A DNA stretch of 64,000 nucleotides from Octopus vulgaris. Taxonomy: Eukaryota. The translations under genes and the position numbers were made by a program. Location of the stretch: contig OX597818.1 of NCBI GenBank assembly GCA_951406725.2, forward strand, positions 39,928,001-39,992,000. The letters run 5' to 3'. The notes below the pieces were generated by a model. That model did no database searches, was not told where the DNA came from, and saw nothing but the letters and a program-made list of their open reading frames with translations. Shown in pieces: positions 12,575 to 25,714 of this stretch (positions are counted from its first letter, which is position 1; the number at the start of each line of letters is the position of its first letter).

Positions 12575-14050
12575 CTAAATTCATTGCTGAAATTATTGCT
12601 AACTCTCACTTTGCTGACATGGCATGTACTGTTCTCGCAAATCATTCATGTACACCTAGTTTTTCATAGTAACGAAACAGTATGTGGAACCTTGTTGAAG
12701 GCCTTCTCCAGGTGATGGATATTAGAAGATGTGATTTACCTCCAGTTAAGTACTTATCCTGCAGTTATCTCACTTGAGGCATCAGTGGTTTCCCAACCCA
12801 ACAAAAACTTAAACTCCATCTCATCTTGACTAATTCTCTTCCTAACTGGCACTGCTATAACTCTTTAGGTAACCTTCTTTTATATTCTCCTTGGAGCCTG
12901 GTGCAGCCTTCTGGTTTGCCAGCCCTCGGTCAAACTGTCCAACCCATGCTAGCATAAAAAGCGGACATTAAACGACAATGATGATATGTTGGATATACAG
13001 ATTTCATGAAGTGGGGATTGACACAGCTGTCTTCTCACAACGTACTTCAAATTATTCCACTAAACACAATACTCCAATAAATACAAATTCACAATGATCT
13101 CAACGACTTCCAGGAACTCTCAACGACTCTTCTGACTTCCCCCATCTCAATGCTACTTTTTATAAGAGTTCGGCTCGTCCAATCCCACAGGTGTGTCAAT
13201 GACTCTCACCACAGCACCTTCATAATTTGGTCCATCAGTTTGACTCTTCTGTAATTGCTATTTTCTAGCATCTCTTTGGCCCTTGTGACAGTTGGTGATG
13301 CTGCTGCATCAGTCATTTTGTATGATGCCTCTCTCTATTACCTGATTGACTATGCAAGTGACTAGTGCATGACCTACTTCACTACATATTCTAAGTGTTT
13401 CAGTAATTATCTCTAATTATCCCTGATACTGCAGCAGCCTTTTCAGCTTCCATTTCCTTAATTGCACTTTCAACCATATAGTTGTCAAAATTAATTGTGC
13501 ATTTGACAACTTAGCTGTTATCTTTAACTGTGTATTTATGATATCAAAAATGAGGTGTGTTTATGGCATAAGGTTAAAAAAAAAGTATATTTATGATATT
13601 AAGAAAAATGAGATATATTTTTTATAGTATTTGGTGGTAGGGAAAGATATAAAGTTATGATATTAGGCAAAATATGTATTTATGGTACTGAGAAAAAAGT
13701 GATACTAGGATGAATGATATTTATGATGTTAAGGGAAAAAGTTGTATTTATGATATTAGGAGACAAAAAGGTGTTTTTTTAGGTTTGGAAGAAAGGGCAT
13801 TGTTCATGGCTCTTGCAGACCCTCCAAGACTAATGAGACTGGCATCATTAACTTTATTTAAACTGTTGCAAGTCAGTGATAGTAAAGATAGACAATTGAA
13901 AGGAGATTAATTCTAGAGGACCAGCATTCTGGAAAAGAGGGACTGGGCATGGTGATTAGTTGGTGGAGTTGGACACAACAAGAGTAAAGGGAGGAGGAAA
14001 GAGGAGCAAGTTGGAAGTACTTGATTGGAGATGGTATGAATCAATTCCAA

Positions 14051-14281
14051 GGTGGCGAGCTGGCAGAAACGTTAGCACATCAGGCGAAATGCTTAGCAGT
14101 ATTTCATCTGCCGCTACGTTCTGAGTTCAAATTCCGCCGAGGTCGACTTTGCCTTTCATCCTTTCGGGGTCGATAAATTAAGTACCAGTGAAACACTGGG
14201 GTCGATATAATTGACTTAATCCATTTGTCTGTCCTTGTTTGTCCTCTCTGTGTTTAGCCCCTTGTGAGTAGTAAAGAAATA
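14051..14281 (+). mobile_element. SINE family B, full length with 18-bp TSD
   Basis: GGTATGAATCAATTCCAA at 14033-14050 and 14282-14299; B-box-like GAGTTCAAATTCC; central GCCTTTCATCCTTTCGGGGTCGATAAA block. Confidence 0.92.
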
Positions 14282-14834
14282 GGTATGAATCAATTCCAAA
14301 GAGCAGATATAATTGTAGTAGTAGTAGAAAAGAAAGAGACGTTAATGAGTCTGGACCAGATGCTAGATTGTGTCTGTGAGTGACTTTATGCTATTTAGTT
14401 GGGTGGCCTTTCTGTAGATTCAGTCTATGATGCCTGCACGTTCCACCTGAGTTTCATAGGAATTCATTAATTGTTGGGATTTAAAAGTACTTTTTGATGC
14501 TTCCCTATTATTGACAGCTTGGATTAGTGAATAATGAACTATCACACCCATGAAAGGGGTGTAATAGTTGATCACTGGACTTTCATAATAGCTATTACTA
14601 CCCCATGGAGAAAGAAATGGCAAGGAATAGGGTGATTGTTTACTTCAGTGAAAGATTTTTTTGTCCAAAACTTTTCTTAATACATTTTTGCCCTCCATTT
14701 CCACACTATTTTCCAGTAAATTTTTACTGGGAGTTTTCACCGTGAGATACTGATAGCTATTCTGAAAGTCTGCCTATCAATTGTAATAACCAACTCTTAA
14801 GTGTAATAGATATTTACTAAACCTTTACTATATA

Positions 14835-15200
14835 CTAGCACTATGACCTGGCAATGCTGGGTCATAGTGCTAGTGCATACATATACAGCTGCGTGTGTGT
14901 GCACATACACGTGAGTACTGTCCAAATCTCCAACCAATCACATACAGTTAGGGTTAGGGTTGGCGTATCAAGTTTCGGGCATTTTGATTGGGTTTTGGAT
15001 AGAAAATTCACAAAAAAAGTCACTTCTATTGATTTTTTAATGACTTTGCAGGGTGACTGGGGAAATGTAAAGATCTGCACGACCACCCTTGGACGGTTTT
15101 GAATAACCATAGAAAGTGCGAGCCCTCTAACTGAAAAATTGTTTATTTGTATAAAGGATACACACACACAGACACATTTTGCCGTTTATATATATAGAGA
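14835..15200 (-). mobile_element. non-autonomous Helitron (second family)
   Basis: Minus strand starts TCTCTATATATATAAACGGC and ends in hairpin plus CTAG (palindrome 14834-14874); A/T insertion site. Confidence 0.75.
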
Positions 15201-15229
15201 TATAAAAAAAAAAAAGTGGCTGTTGATAA

Positions 15230-15850
15230 TAGGAAAGTACTGCATTTTCTAGTTCAGAAGTGAAGGGCCAGTCTTTGATTTGTGGTTTTAGCTGTGTTAA
15301 AGATGTGTGTTTAGCAAGAAAAATTCTCACTGGTATATGGCGCAATCTCGAAAGATCTAGTTACATGATGTTCCTGTTTAAGATGGGTGAAGTGCAATGA
15401 TGTTTTCATGAAGCCTATTTTTTAAAATATTTTGCTTTTGAAAGAGAAACTTGTATGACTGTATTGGAGAATGCTTTTGAAATCTCTGTTCATGGAGCAA
15501 GTGCAGATTTAGCATGAGGTGTTTATGTTTAGTGTGTGTGGATGAAGGTTAGGCAGGGAATGAAGTGTAGTGTCACTTGTATAAGACTGGGAGTTGTTGA
15601 TGATAGCAAATAAGTATTTGATCAGTATGAGGAAGAGTGTGGGAGACCACTCAATCCTGGGATACACCAGAGTTGATGGAACTCACTCTGATACAGATTC
15701 TATGAGCAATTGTGTGATTTACTCAGAAGCTACTGATCCAGGAGATAAATGAATGAAACTCATGGGCTGACAGTTTTGTGATGCCAGGCCTGGTTGAAAG
15801 CTTTATTGAAATTGAGAGCAACAACATTACTTTCATCAGTTTTTTTGGGT
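15230..15850 (-). mobile_element. old LINE RT remnant (Jockey/CR1-group-like)
   Basis: Minus translations VVALNFNKAFNQAWH (~ALDISKAFDRVWH) and INSGVSQ (~SGVPQG). Confidence 0.6.
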
Positions 15851-16269
15851 CTGTTGAGGGATATCTCTTATTATAAAAGGCAGATTTTATCTGCCTCCCT
15901 TTGGGAGTTATACAAATCTACAATATAGGATTTCTTCAATTACAATTTACCTAGCAGTTTTAAGAGTACAATGCATCGCGTCATGCCAGGTCCAGTTTTT
16001 AAAATTTAAACTCCAATTAAGCAAAATTTACAGAAAACTCACATTCTGGTGTGTGTGTCAAATGCTTTTCTTAGTCTGGTTTACACCACACGCAAACGCA
16101 CACACACAGTGGGCAACGAATAAAATGAAAGTAAATAGCGACAGAGTGATTTGAGGAAGACTAAAGTGAAAGTATTCTGTCTATGACGCTGATAGATACA
16201 TGAGTAAAATGTATGGGAAGCTAAGAGTGAGTGAAAATGTTCTTGGAAGAGAGTAATTAGTAATAAAGT

Positions 16270-16287
16270 AAACATACACTCATACAT

Positions 16288-16335
<48 letters not shown>

Positions 16336-16540
16336 ACACACATACATACACACACACATACATACACACATACATACATACATACATACATACACACACA
16401 CACATACACACACACACACAGTATTGAAGCTTGAGAACAATCAGATACATTTGCAACACATCTGTTGAAAATATTATTGTTCACACACATACATATACAT
16501 ACAGACAGACAGACAGATAGACACACACACACACACACAC
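16270..16540. repeat. (CA)n/(CATA)n microsatellites
   Basis: Direct inspection. Confidence 0.9.
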
Positions 16541-16589
16541 ATGATCCAGCATGGCCACAACCTCAAGGCTGAAACATATAAAAGAATAA

Positions 16590-16960
16590 CAGAATATAAA
16601 TGTGTGCAAAGTACAAGAAATATTAATGCAGTATATGGGGATTGGACAATAAGCGTAAGGCAGTGTCAATGGTGGTTCCAGAAATCCCGAGCCATAAACT
16701 ACAGCCTAGAAGACGAGCCTCATCCTGAAAGATCTGTAGAACTCGACAAGGACATCCTGAAAACCCTGGTGGAACAAAATATCATCGTAACTGTTGAGGA
16801 ACTAGCAGAGAAGCTTGGATTTGGTCATTCAACCATTCATTGACACCTGTGTGCTATCGGAAAAGTCAGCAAATTGGGTCAATGGGTTCCTCACGAACTT
16901 TCCGAGTCTAATTGCATGCAGAGAGTGAATGTATGCTTTTCTTTGCTGTCATATCTCACC
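16590..16960 (+). mobile_element. mariner transposase N-terminal relic
   Basis: WFQKSRAINYSLEDEPHPERS..TVEELAEKLG..STIH*HL..GKVSKLGQWVPHEL; WVPHEL is the mariner linker motif; in-frame stop. Confidence 0.85.
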
Positions 16961-16978
16961 ACTACTGCGCTATGTATA

Positions 16979-17615
16979 TCTATATATATAAAACTGTAGT
17001 TGTGTGAGTGTCTGTCCCCTTCGATTTAGATTCCTAACTACTCCCACATTTTGCGGTACAGTTTAACCAAATTCGGGTAGCTTATAGTCGTGATTCATAT
17101 CGAGCCCGTCTGAATATTAGCGCGCGTCTACGATGAGTCTACGATTTAAAAAATAATTTAACATCATTTTTTATTCCATTTTAATGCATAATTTTTCGTG
17201 TGTCGATGGCGGCGGAGTTGGCGTCCACGCTCACACCTGCACCTGTGGGGAAGGGAGTGTAAGGAAATCAACGTCGTAATGCGTTGTCAAGGAGACCAGT
17301 GTTCTTTTAGAACAACGACTTCATGGCTTGAAGACACCAAAACAGAAATGGCTAAGAAAGCGTCTACATGAGTCTACGATTTAAAAAAAAATTTACCATC
17401 ATTTTTTTTCCATTTTAATGCATTTTTTCGCTATTATATAAGAGAAGTAACTCTCTAAAAATGTCTACGATGAGTCAACGATTTAAAAAAAAATTTACCA
17501 TCATATTTTTTCCATTTTTAATGCATTTTTTGCTATTTTTTGGCTATAACTCTCTAAAAATGCTTATATAGTTATTTCCCTTACAAACCCGAGCAACGCC
17601 GGGCGATACTGCTAG
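16979..17615 (+). mobile_element. non-autonomous Helitron
   Basis: 5' TC, 3' CCCGAGCAACGCCGGG..CTAG followed by T; same family as 6439-6805 with extra internal sequence. Confidence 0.85.
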
Positions 17616-17649
17616 TAGGAAATAAAGGTGTATTCATTAATATTTAGAG

Positions 17650-17931
17650 CAGTGCTTCTCAAACTATCTGTGGCATACCGGCAGTTTTTTTTCAATGTGC
17701 CAGCGACCGGTAATATTTAGTAATATTAATTTATACCGGAAACAATATATATAATGAATATGATAAAAATCGACAATTTTTTTTATCTTATATTTATTTT
17801 GTAACCAAATAATACAATATTTCATAAGCATTTTATAATGTTTCTTTCTTTTTTGGAAACTCTCCACGTACCTGCAGTTGATGGCTTGTGCACTGGCACT
17901 GGTCTCTGAACCCCCACTTTGAGCAGCATTG
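17650..17931. mobile_element. hAT-type MITE
   Basis: TIRs CAGTGCTTCTCAAA / TTTGAGCAGCATTG; flanks ATTTAGAG / GGCTAGAA resemble a decayed 8-bp TSD. Confidence 0.65.
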
Positions 17932-18769
17932 GGCTAGAAGATTAAAATTTTGCTCAATCTCTATTAAAAAGACCTAATAAAATAGTGCAATGTTGATCTC
18001 AAGTCACAAATATTTCAAAGGGCTGTTGTTGATTCAGCTAATCACTTTATATATTACTTGTATGTAGTTTATGGACCCTTGTCAGAGTCAAAAAAATTTG
18101 AATTCAGGATACAGAGGGGCAAGACTAAATGCTGGAATGAATTTCATTTGGCATTCAACTGATTCTGTAATCTTACCCTCAGAATAACACAATACTCTTT
18201 CTTCTTCCTCTATTATATTTCTATTCACATTTAACATGCTTTATTTTATGCTCCTCTCTACCAAAGGATGAAAGGCAAAGTTGTTCCTGGCAGGATATAA
18301 AAATATGTAGCTAAATATCGCAAGGCATTTTGTATAGTACCCTATTATTTCTGCTGATTGTAATATACTCTTACTACCTCACACTGGCATGTGGTTACAT
18401 ATTTTTGTGAAGAGGGTAATGGTCAATTGAAATGACCTCAGTACTTGACCTGTATTTCCCCTTTTATTGTCTTTCTGAAGGATGAAATATAAAGCTGATC
18501 TCAGTGGGATTTGAATTCAGAATGTAAAGAGACATGAAGTGTGTGCATGTACGTGCACATATGCATGCATGTGAGTGACCCACTTGCAGCTTTTCTTTCC
18601 TTTATGCACCACTTAATCCAGCCATGCATTATGTGAAGTCTTCTGCTCTACTCTTACACTGAGGACTTGTTCAGATGATATCCATAGATTGGTTGGCTTG
18701 AGTGAGGGCTTGAGTGATGCATGTTTAGGAGCAAGCTCTTTTTTGTATTCCTGTTTGCTCTGATTACAG

Positions 18770-19516
18770 CAGAGGTTCTCAGCGTGGATGGTACTACTCC
18801 AAAGGGGGTACTAGGCATGTTGAAGGGGATGTTAGACTTTAGGGGGTGCAGTGAGGTAGCAATTAGTATACTAAATTTAACGTACAGTAGTAATTATATT
18901 CTACATGATAAAAACTTGTAATGGTTATTAAACTAAAATGAGAGATAAGTATATATCATGGCTAAAGACATGTTTGAACAAGAACAATTAATTTTATCTC
19001 TTGATTAGTATTTTTAAGGCGCACAATAGTACTTGTTTCCTTTGTATATTGTGATTGCTATTTAAATAACATTTATAAAATATTACGGAGATGTACTTGC
19101 ATAGCAAGTGACCTGATCTGAGATCGTGTGCTGGAACGAAAACGATTGCAGCGTGGAAGGTGTTTATAAGCCATTTAAGAAACACACAAAAACCGTTAGA
19201 TTCACTTCAACATTTAAATTTAATTTGTCAAAATATTTTCGTCGCTTTGAGATCACGACCTGTTCACTGACAAAATTCTGTGCTGCACAGAGATGCAGCA
19301 CAGAATTTTGTCAGTCGATTTAAATGTTGAAGTGAATCTAACGGTTTTTGTGTGTTTCTTAAATGGCTTATAAACACCTTCCACGCTTTAATTGATTTAT
19401 AAAATATCTTCCATATTAAGTTTAGTTTAGTTGTGATACCTCACTCACCACATTGGTGGGCGCAAGGCATGACAACTACTTAAAAAAGGGCACTAGAAAA
19501 AGGTTAAGAACTACTG
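18770..19516. mobile_element. hAT-type non-autonomous element carrying a nested insertion
   Basis: TIR-like CAGAGGTTCTCAGC / GTTAAGAACTACTG; 8-bp TSD GATTACAG / GATTACAT. Confidence 0.7.
19224..19274 (-). ncRNA. minimal type-I hammerhead-like ribozyme with G3-C8 core variant
   Basis: Minus: TTTGTCA-GTGAACA-G-GTCG(tgatctcaaag)CGAC-GAAA-ATA-TTT-TGACAAA; 7-bp stem I, stem II, palindromic AATATT stem III. Confidence 0.6.
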
Positions 19517-20116
19517 GATTACATATAAGATCATCTTTTGCTATTTGATACATAACTAGGGCCCTTAACAGGCGGTAACCACTCCAGGTCAGAGTGAACT
19601 TGGGAACAGTGGTAACTGAGGGGTACTTCCATACTCCTTGAAACTCCTGAATTTCCAAGCTGAAACCTCATTGCTGGATGCAGTTTAACGTCTTGCTCAG
19701 TGTAGGACAACATTATTCAGTATGTCCTTCTTGAAGATGATAGGTGATTGTAATTCAGGAGGGATTTGGTTGCTATTTCTAGAAAATCAAGTAACCGTTA
19801 AGGAGGATCCCTTATTTTATTGACAGTTGAATGGTGTAAGTACTAAATTTAAATCTCAGTAGGATTTGAATTGTGAGTTGAAAATGACAAATTTGGGAGA
19901 CAGTTATTTGTTTCAGTCTAGTGTTGACTTTAAGACAGCCTATAATTATCAACTGGACATCTGTGCACAACTTTTAGTCAGTGTTCTCATTAAAATGATT
20001 TGTCAACTACTACTACTACTACTACTACTACTACCACTATTACTGCAGCAAAAGTGAAATTTATAGCTAAGTTGATAAAAAAAAAAATTCTAAGAAACTC
20101 TTGTTTGCTTTCTTAA

Positions 20117-20337
20117 CCCTTTAGTGTTCGCATTATTCTGCCAAAATTAATGCTTCTTTATCCACATTGTTTTGAACTAATCATGCATTATCTTGTAGCT
20201 ATGAGATTTTGATGAGGTAGCTGTTAATTTTTAAAACGATATTGTGGGGTTGGTGTGAGAGACCAGATCTGGCCAGTTTGACCATAAAACACGCAGAATA
20301 CTTTTGGCCAGATATGGCCGGTTTAAATGCTAAAGGG
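20117..20337. mobile_element. piggyBac-type MITE (opposite orientation to 11059)
   Basis: TTAA|CCCTTTAG...CTAAAGGG|TTAA. Confidence 0.85.
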
Positions 20338-20569
20338 TTAAACATTCTCTGTACCCGACACTTCTGTCTCCCCATCCTGAAGATGGAGACTGGATCTACC
20401 TGATGTTTATATGCTTCTACTACTGGCTGCATATCTTTGGACCTTTTGCAAACTACATTTGCAAACATTATTACATAATTCCGAACCCCCAGAAACAACT
20501 GTCGGGTCTGTAATACCATACCTTCTCCCCTTAATTTCCTGTGACTTTCTACTATATGTAAGTTTGCTC

Positions 20570-20964
20570 TGTTACTCTTTACTCTTTTATTTGTTTCAGT
20601 CATTTTGACTGCGGCCATGCTGGAGCACCGCCTTTAATCAAGCAACTCGACCCCGGGACTTATTCTTTTGTAAGCCCAGTACTTATTCTATCGGTCTCTT
20701 TTGCCGAACCGCTAAGTAACGAGGACATAAACACACCAGCATCGGTTGTCAAGCAATGCTAGGGGGATAAACACACACACGCATATATATATACATACAT
20801 GTATACGACGGGCTTCTTTCAGTTTCCGTCTACCAAATCCACTCACAAGGCTTTGGTCGGCCCGAGGCTATAGTAGAAGACACTTGCCCAAGGTGCCATG
20901 CAGTGGGACTGAACCCGGTTCCATGTGGTTTGTAAACAAGCTACTTACCACACAGCCACTCCTG
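20570..20964 (-). mobile_element. SINE family A, near full length
   Basis: High identity to other family A copies. Confidence 0.9.
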
Positions 20965-21239
20965 TTAATATATGAATATCTGTATTTATGCATGAATATT
21001 CATAAGATGAATATTTTCAGTCTTTTTTTTTCTATTTACATGTATATATGTATGTATATTTTTATATATCTAGCTCAGGTGTTTTTTTTGGTTTTTTTTG
21101 CATCCTTCTCTCTCTTCGGTGATATAAATATCTATAAATGGACTTTCATTAAAAGCTCTCTTAGACACTGGAAGCTTGGAAAATTTCCTTTCGAAATCCT
21201 TGGTTAGCTCTCTTCAGCTTCCTACTTCTCTGTATAATG

Positions 21240-22345
21240 GTACTATATTGATGGCTGCAGTTAATTTAAAGTCGTCTGTCAAAGCGTGCTGCAAATTAGA
21301 TATAACTCTTTGAGGACGGATATATCCTGACATTCAATTTCTAGTACTACCCGATTCATGCACTGATGTTATATTAGGAATACCTTTCCTCAGTAAGCAC
21401 TCTTCCAGTAAAATGAAATATGGGGGACCATGTCCAAACTTAGAAGTATGTTTCTTAGCATCTATCATAATGGATCCTCTTTGAGTGTTCTCTCATTTAT
21501 CGCCAGCTTGTAAACCCATAATTATGCAATCCAGAAAATTTGAAATGTCTGATGGCTTGATTTATCTCTTTTGAAACTGAGCGTTTGTTGAAGGAAGGCA
21601 TCATCAAGCCAAGCAATTCACCATGGAGACCACAAGTACAAGTGGTTATTGATTACCAGTTATTGATTACTCAGCTTGTGTCAGTTTACACAATTTCCTT
21701 ATGGTTTGATGAATGGTGTCACTTGTTTTCAGCAAATTATTGACAATTTCATAAATTAAAATAAATTAGAAAAGATTCCTGCATATTTTGACGATATTGT
21801 GATTGGTGGTAACACTAAAGAAGAGCAGAATAATAATCTTTCTAGGTTTTTGGATTGTGCAAAAAGGTACAATATTACGCTAAATAAGAATACATGTGTG
21901 TTAAATACTACTTCTATTAATATTTTGGGATATCAGATAAGCTATAATGAATGTCAACTCGACCTGTTGTACTTTTCTGCTCTGAAAGATATGCCTTTAC
22001 CACAAAATAAAAAGTCTTTGTCACATATTTTGGGATTATTTGTGTCCTATTCGAAATGGGTTCCACACTTTTCACACCGAATACAACCGCTAATTACCAC
22101 TTCCGTTTTTCCACTTTCTAAAGAGGCAGTTGATGTCGTCAAAGACCTGAAACCCATGATTTTAAATTCTGTAAAGATGTTTATCAAGAATAAATTTTCC
22201 TTTTTCTGTTGACCATCCTGATTCAACGTATCGGCAATAGCCATGTCAGACGCATCTGTTTCAACAGAAGAACTGTCATCTCTTGCCGAATGACTTCAAT
22301 GCTCAGATTGTGTCAGAAGAACCCCAGACCGTTATGGGCATTCTT
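21240..22345 (+). mobile_element. Ty3/Gypsy LTR retrotransposon pol remnant (protease end, RT, inverted RNase H piece, integrase tail)
   Basis: Translations CTDVILGIPFL, LLKEGIIKPSNSPW, PYGLMNGVTCFQ, AYFDDIVIGG, VRRTPDRYG; stops and deletions. Confidence 0.85.
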
Positions 22346-22451
22346 AAAATGTTTTGATTTAGTATCAATGTATGCAAAATTGGTTTAGCTTATTCCAGAT
22401 TGTCTAGGATAAATTTTGAATTGTTTGTAAATTTATTTTAGGTGGGTTGAG

Positions 22452-22630
22452 TGTTGTGATTTTATGTAATTATGTAGATTGTAGAAAGGCTTTCTTATGT
22501 ATTTTATAGTTCTCACATACAGCCATTTGATTACCTAAAATATCCATAGAATTTGATCCTGTTTCATCTGACTTTTTGCATTTAAATAAGCTGTTGCCAT
22601 GCCAGGGCACCGCCATTTGGTGTTGCTACA
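22452..22630 (+). mobile_element. possible 3' LTR of the Gypsy remnant
   Basis: Follows purine-rich AGGTGGGTTGAG; starts TGTTG and ends CTACA; no second LTR seen. Confidence 0.3.
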
Positions 22631-22675
22631 TAATTTTACTTCACTAATTCTTTTTAGAAATTGACATTTTGTGCA

Positions 22676-24165
22676 TGAGAGAGTTTTATGCCACTGCCCT
22701 CATCTGCACTTCATGCTCTGAAGTTGGTTCATCTTGGACACTTGACAGTAAGAAGTCTAGTTTTGTTTTGAAAACAGCTACATCCACCCCATGTAAATCT
22801 CTCAGGTCCTTCAAGAGGATATTGAAGAGCTATGGTCCTTTAAATCCTAGGCTAATGCAATATCTTGTCCTATATTTTGATGGCAAAGTTGGAGTCTTTG
22901 GCACGATGCAGTGGCACCAATTTTTCTAGCGTTACTGTAACTCTCAATGCCAATGTTTGGGACAAGTCCCTCTAGGATCTTCCAGATGTATATTACGGCA
23001 TATCTTTCCTGTCTACGCTCCAGAGAATAAAGTCTTAATCTCTTGAATCTTTCCCAGTAGCTTATATGCTGTACAGAGGCTATCTTCTTTATGTGGCTTC
23101 GTTGGATTGCCTCAAGTTCTGCAATTAATTTTACACTGGTTGATGACCATAGCTGGAAGCAATAGTCAAAGTGGCTTCGGACAAGCGTCCTCCAGAGGAC
23201 CATCATAGTTTCCTGAAATGTAGCTGCCTGCATTTCATTGCCAACTTAGCCACATGCACACGGAAGGATGCATCATTACTCATGTAAATGCCCAGGTCTC
23301 TCACTGACTGTGTCTCTGGGATTCGAATCCCTCCAGGTCCAATGTATTTAATTGGTATTGCATTTAGTCTTGCATGCTGATAGCACAAGGCTTGAAACCT
23401 TTCAGCATTATACTGCACGTTATTCTTCTCAGCCCACTTGCATATTTCATCCAACTCACATTGTAGGTGCATAGTGTCTTCAGGTTTCTGTATCACCTGT
23501 GAAACTTTTGTATCGTTTGCATAACTTGTGATTGTGGCTCTCTGTGTGGCTGAGGGCATATCTGAGAGGGCCATTATGAACAATAGTGGTCCCAAAACAG
23601 TGCCTTGTGGAATGTCGCTCACTATTTGCATGTCATTGGAGGTGGCGCCATTGACTACTACCACCTGACATCTATCCTTCAGAAAGTCATACAGCCATTC
23701 TCCCAATTTCCCGACTCTGCTGAGATCACGCAGTTTGTGACCTATTCCATGATCAGCTTTATCGAAGACCTTTGCAAAGTTGAGATATATTACATCAACA
23801 TTTGAGTGGTTAAGCAGCTGTTTCAGCATGCAGTCATAGTGTTGTAAGACCTGAGTCAAGCTGCTTCTTCCTGGTCGGAAACCATGTTGGATGTCAGTCA
23901 GCAAGTCATTTCCCTCAAGGAAAGTGACTATTTGTTCCATGACTTTGCTGATGTGTGAGGTCAGAGAGATAGTTTTTGACCTCTGCTCTGCTACTTCCTT
24001 TATGAGAGGGCATGTTTTACCCTCCTTCAGCTTGCTTGGAAGTTTTCCAGTTGCAAGGAAGCTGTGAAAGAGGGACTGCGGTGGTCTTGCTAGGACTCGC
24101 TTACATGCTTTGAGAAGGATTGCTGGGAATCCATCAAGGCCAATAGCTGAATTCGGGTTCATTTC
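22676..24165 (-). mobile_element. 5'-truncated CR1-clade-like LINE, RT pseudogene
   Basis: ORF 23203..24162: QHGFRPGRSS, DVIYLNFAKVFDKADH, IPQGTVLGPLLF, YANDTK; continues in ORF 22847..23233 after a frameshift. Confidence 0.9.
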
Positions 24166-24663
24166 ATCTAGCCCTTATTACATCATCTGTGGATGGATAT
24201 ATATGTGTGTGTGTGTGTGTATATGTATGTGTGTATATATATATGCATGTGTATATATGCATGTGTGTGTGTATATATATATGCATATGTATATATGCGT
24301 GTGTGTGTATTTTGTCCAACCCATGCTAGCATGGAAAACGGACATTAAACGATGATGATATATATATATATATGCATATGTATGTGTGTGTGCATGTGTA
24401 TGTATATATATTTATATATATACAGATGGGGACAGTCTAGATACTTATTGAATGCTCTTTGTACTTGCATATGTATGTGTGTATGTATGTGCATGTATGC
24501 AGTGCATATATGTAGTGTATGTGTATATTTGTATGTATGTATGTATGTATGTATATAAACGTAAAACTTTTTTTCATTTGTATTCAAATATATTTAAACG
24601 CCGGTGCATCAGCATGGCCGCAGCTCTGAGCTGAAACTAGAGAGGGAAAAAAAAAATGCTGCC

Positions 24664-24880
24664 ATAATCCTTGCCTTCAATTCATCTTTGGTGTTACAAA
24701 GAGTTTTGTTAGTCTCTCACCCAACTGCCCCACACATAATAATTAAGGGGTTTGCAGTGTGGGGAGTTAGGTGGCCAGATGTTAGGGGTGATGTGGTCAC
24801 AGAAATTGTCTGACAGCCATGACTGGGTTTCTCTGCTTGTATGGCATGGTGCAGGGTCTTGTTGCAGCCACCCTCTTGAC
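24664..24880 (-). mobile_element. Tc1/mariner (maT/DD37D-like) transposase relic
   Basis: QQDPAPCHTSRETQSWL..IWPPNSPHCKPLNYYVWG resembles QQDGAPxH..WPPNSPDCNPLDYYVW. Confidence 0.8.
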
Positions 24881-24884
24881 CCAG

Positions 24885-25077
24885 GGCAGCACTGCCTTTT
24901 AGTCAAGCAAATTGACCCCAGGACTTATTTTTGTAAGCCTAGTACTTATTCTATCGATATCTTGCTGAACTGCTAAGTTACAGGGACATAAATGCACTAG
25001 CATCAGTTATCAAACAATGTTGGGGGGACAAACAGACACACAAACATATACACACACATACGTACACACACACACAC

Positions 25078-25119
<42 letters not shown>

Positions 25120-25278
25120 TCGACAGGTTTCTTTCAGTTTCCATCTACCAAATCCACTCACAAGGCTTTGGTTAGCTCGAAGCTATAGTAGAAGACACTT
25201 GCTCAAGGTGCCATGCAGTGAGACTGAATCCGGAACCATGTGGTTGGTAAGCAAGCTACTTACCATGCAGCCACTCAT
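24885..25278 (-). mobile_element. SINE family A
   Basis: Similarity to other copies. Confidence 0.85.
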
Positions 25279-25714
25279 GTAGCTATATTTTAGAAAAATC
25301 TTTTTAAAAAAACACATCTTTGTTGGGATGAGAATGAGTAAGTTTATAGTGTTATAGATGAGCAGAAGCATAACTGGTAATGTCCCAAAGTCCACACTAA
25401 TCTCATTGTATATGTTTCTACCTTTAATAATTTCTATAGAAGTTAATTATAGGAAGCACTCACTAGTCCAGCTATGTAGAAAAAAAAAAAAATAACAGAG
25501 GCACATGCTGGATGAGATATCATAAGAAAATCTGGGCAATAATAATTAAACTCTGCAAAATAAACTTCTGTTGGTTGAAATACTTTGCAGCTTTTTTATT
25601 GTATTTAAAAAAAATTTATTTTGCAAAATATGAAAAGTGAAAACATTTGTGAAAAAAAAAAATCATTTAATGCCTTTTAGCATTTTACTCTATTAAATTT
25701 AATACTTATTCACA

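Noticed and set aside
23203-24162. Intact RT gene
   Set aside because: Catalytic YADD is mutated to YAND, the element is 5'-truncated and there is a downstream frameshift; it is a dead LINE copy.
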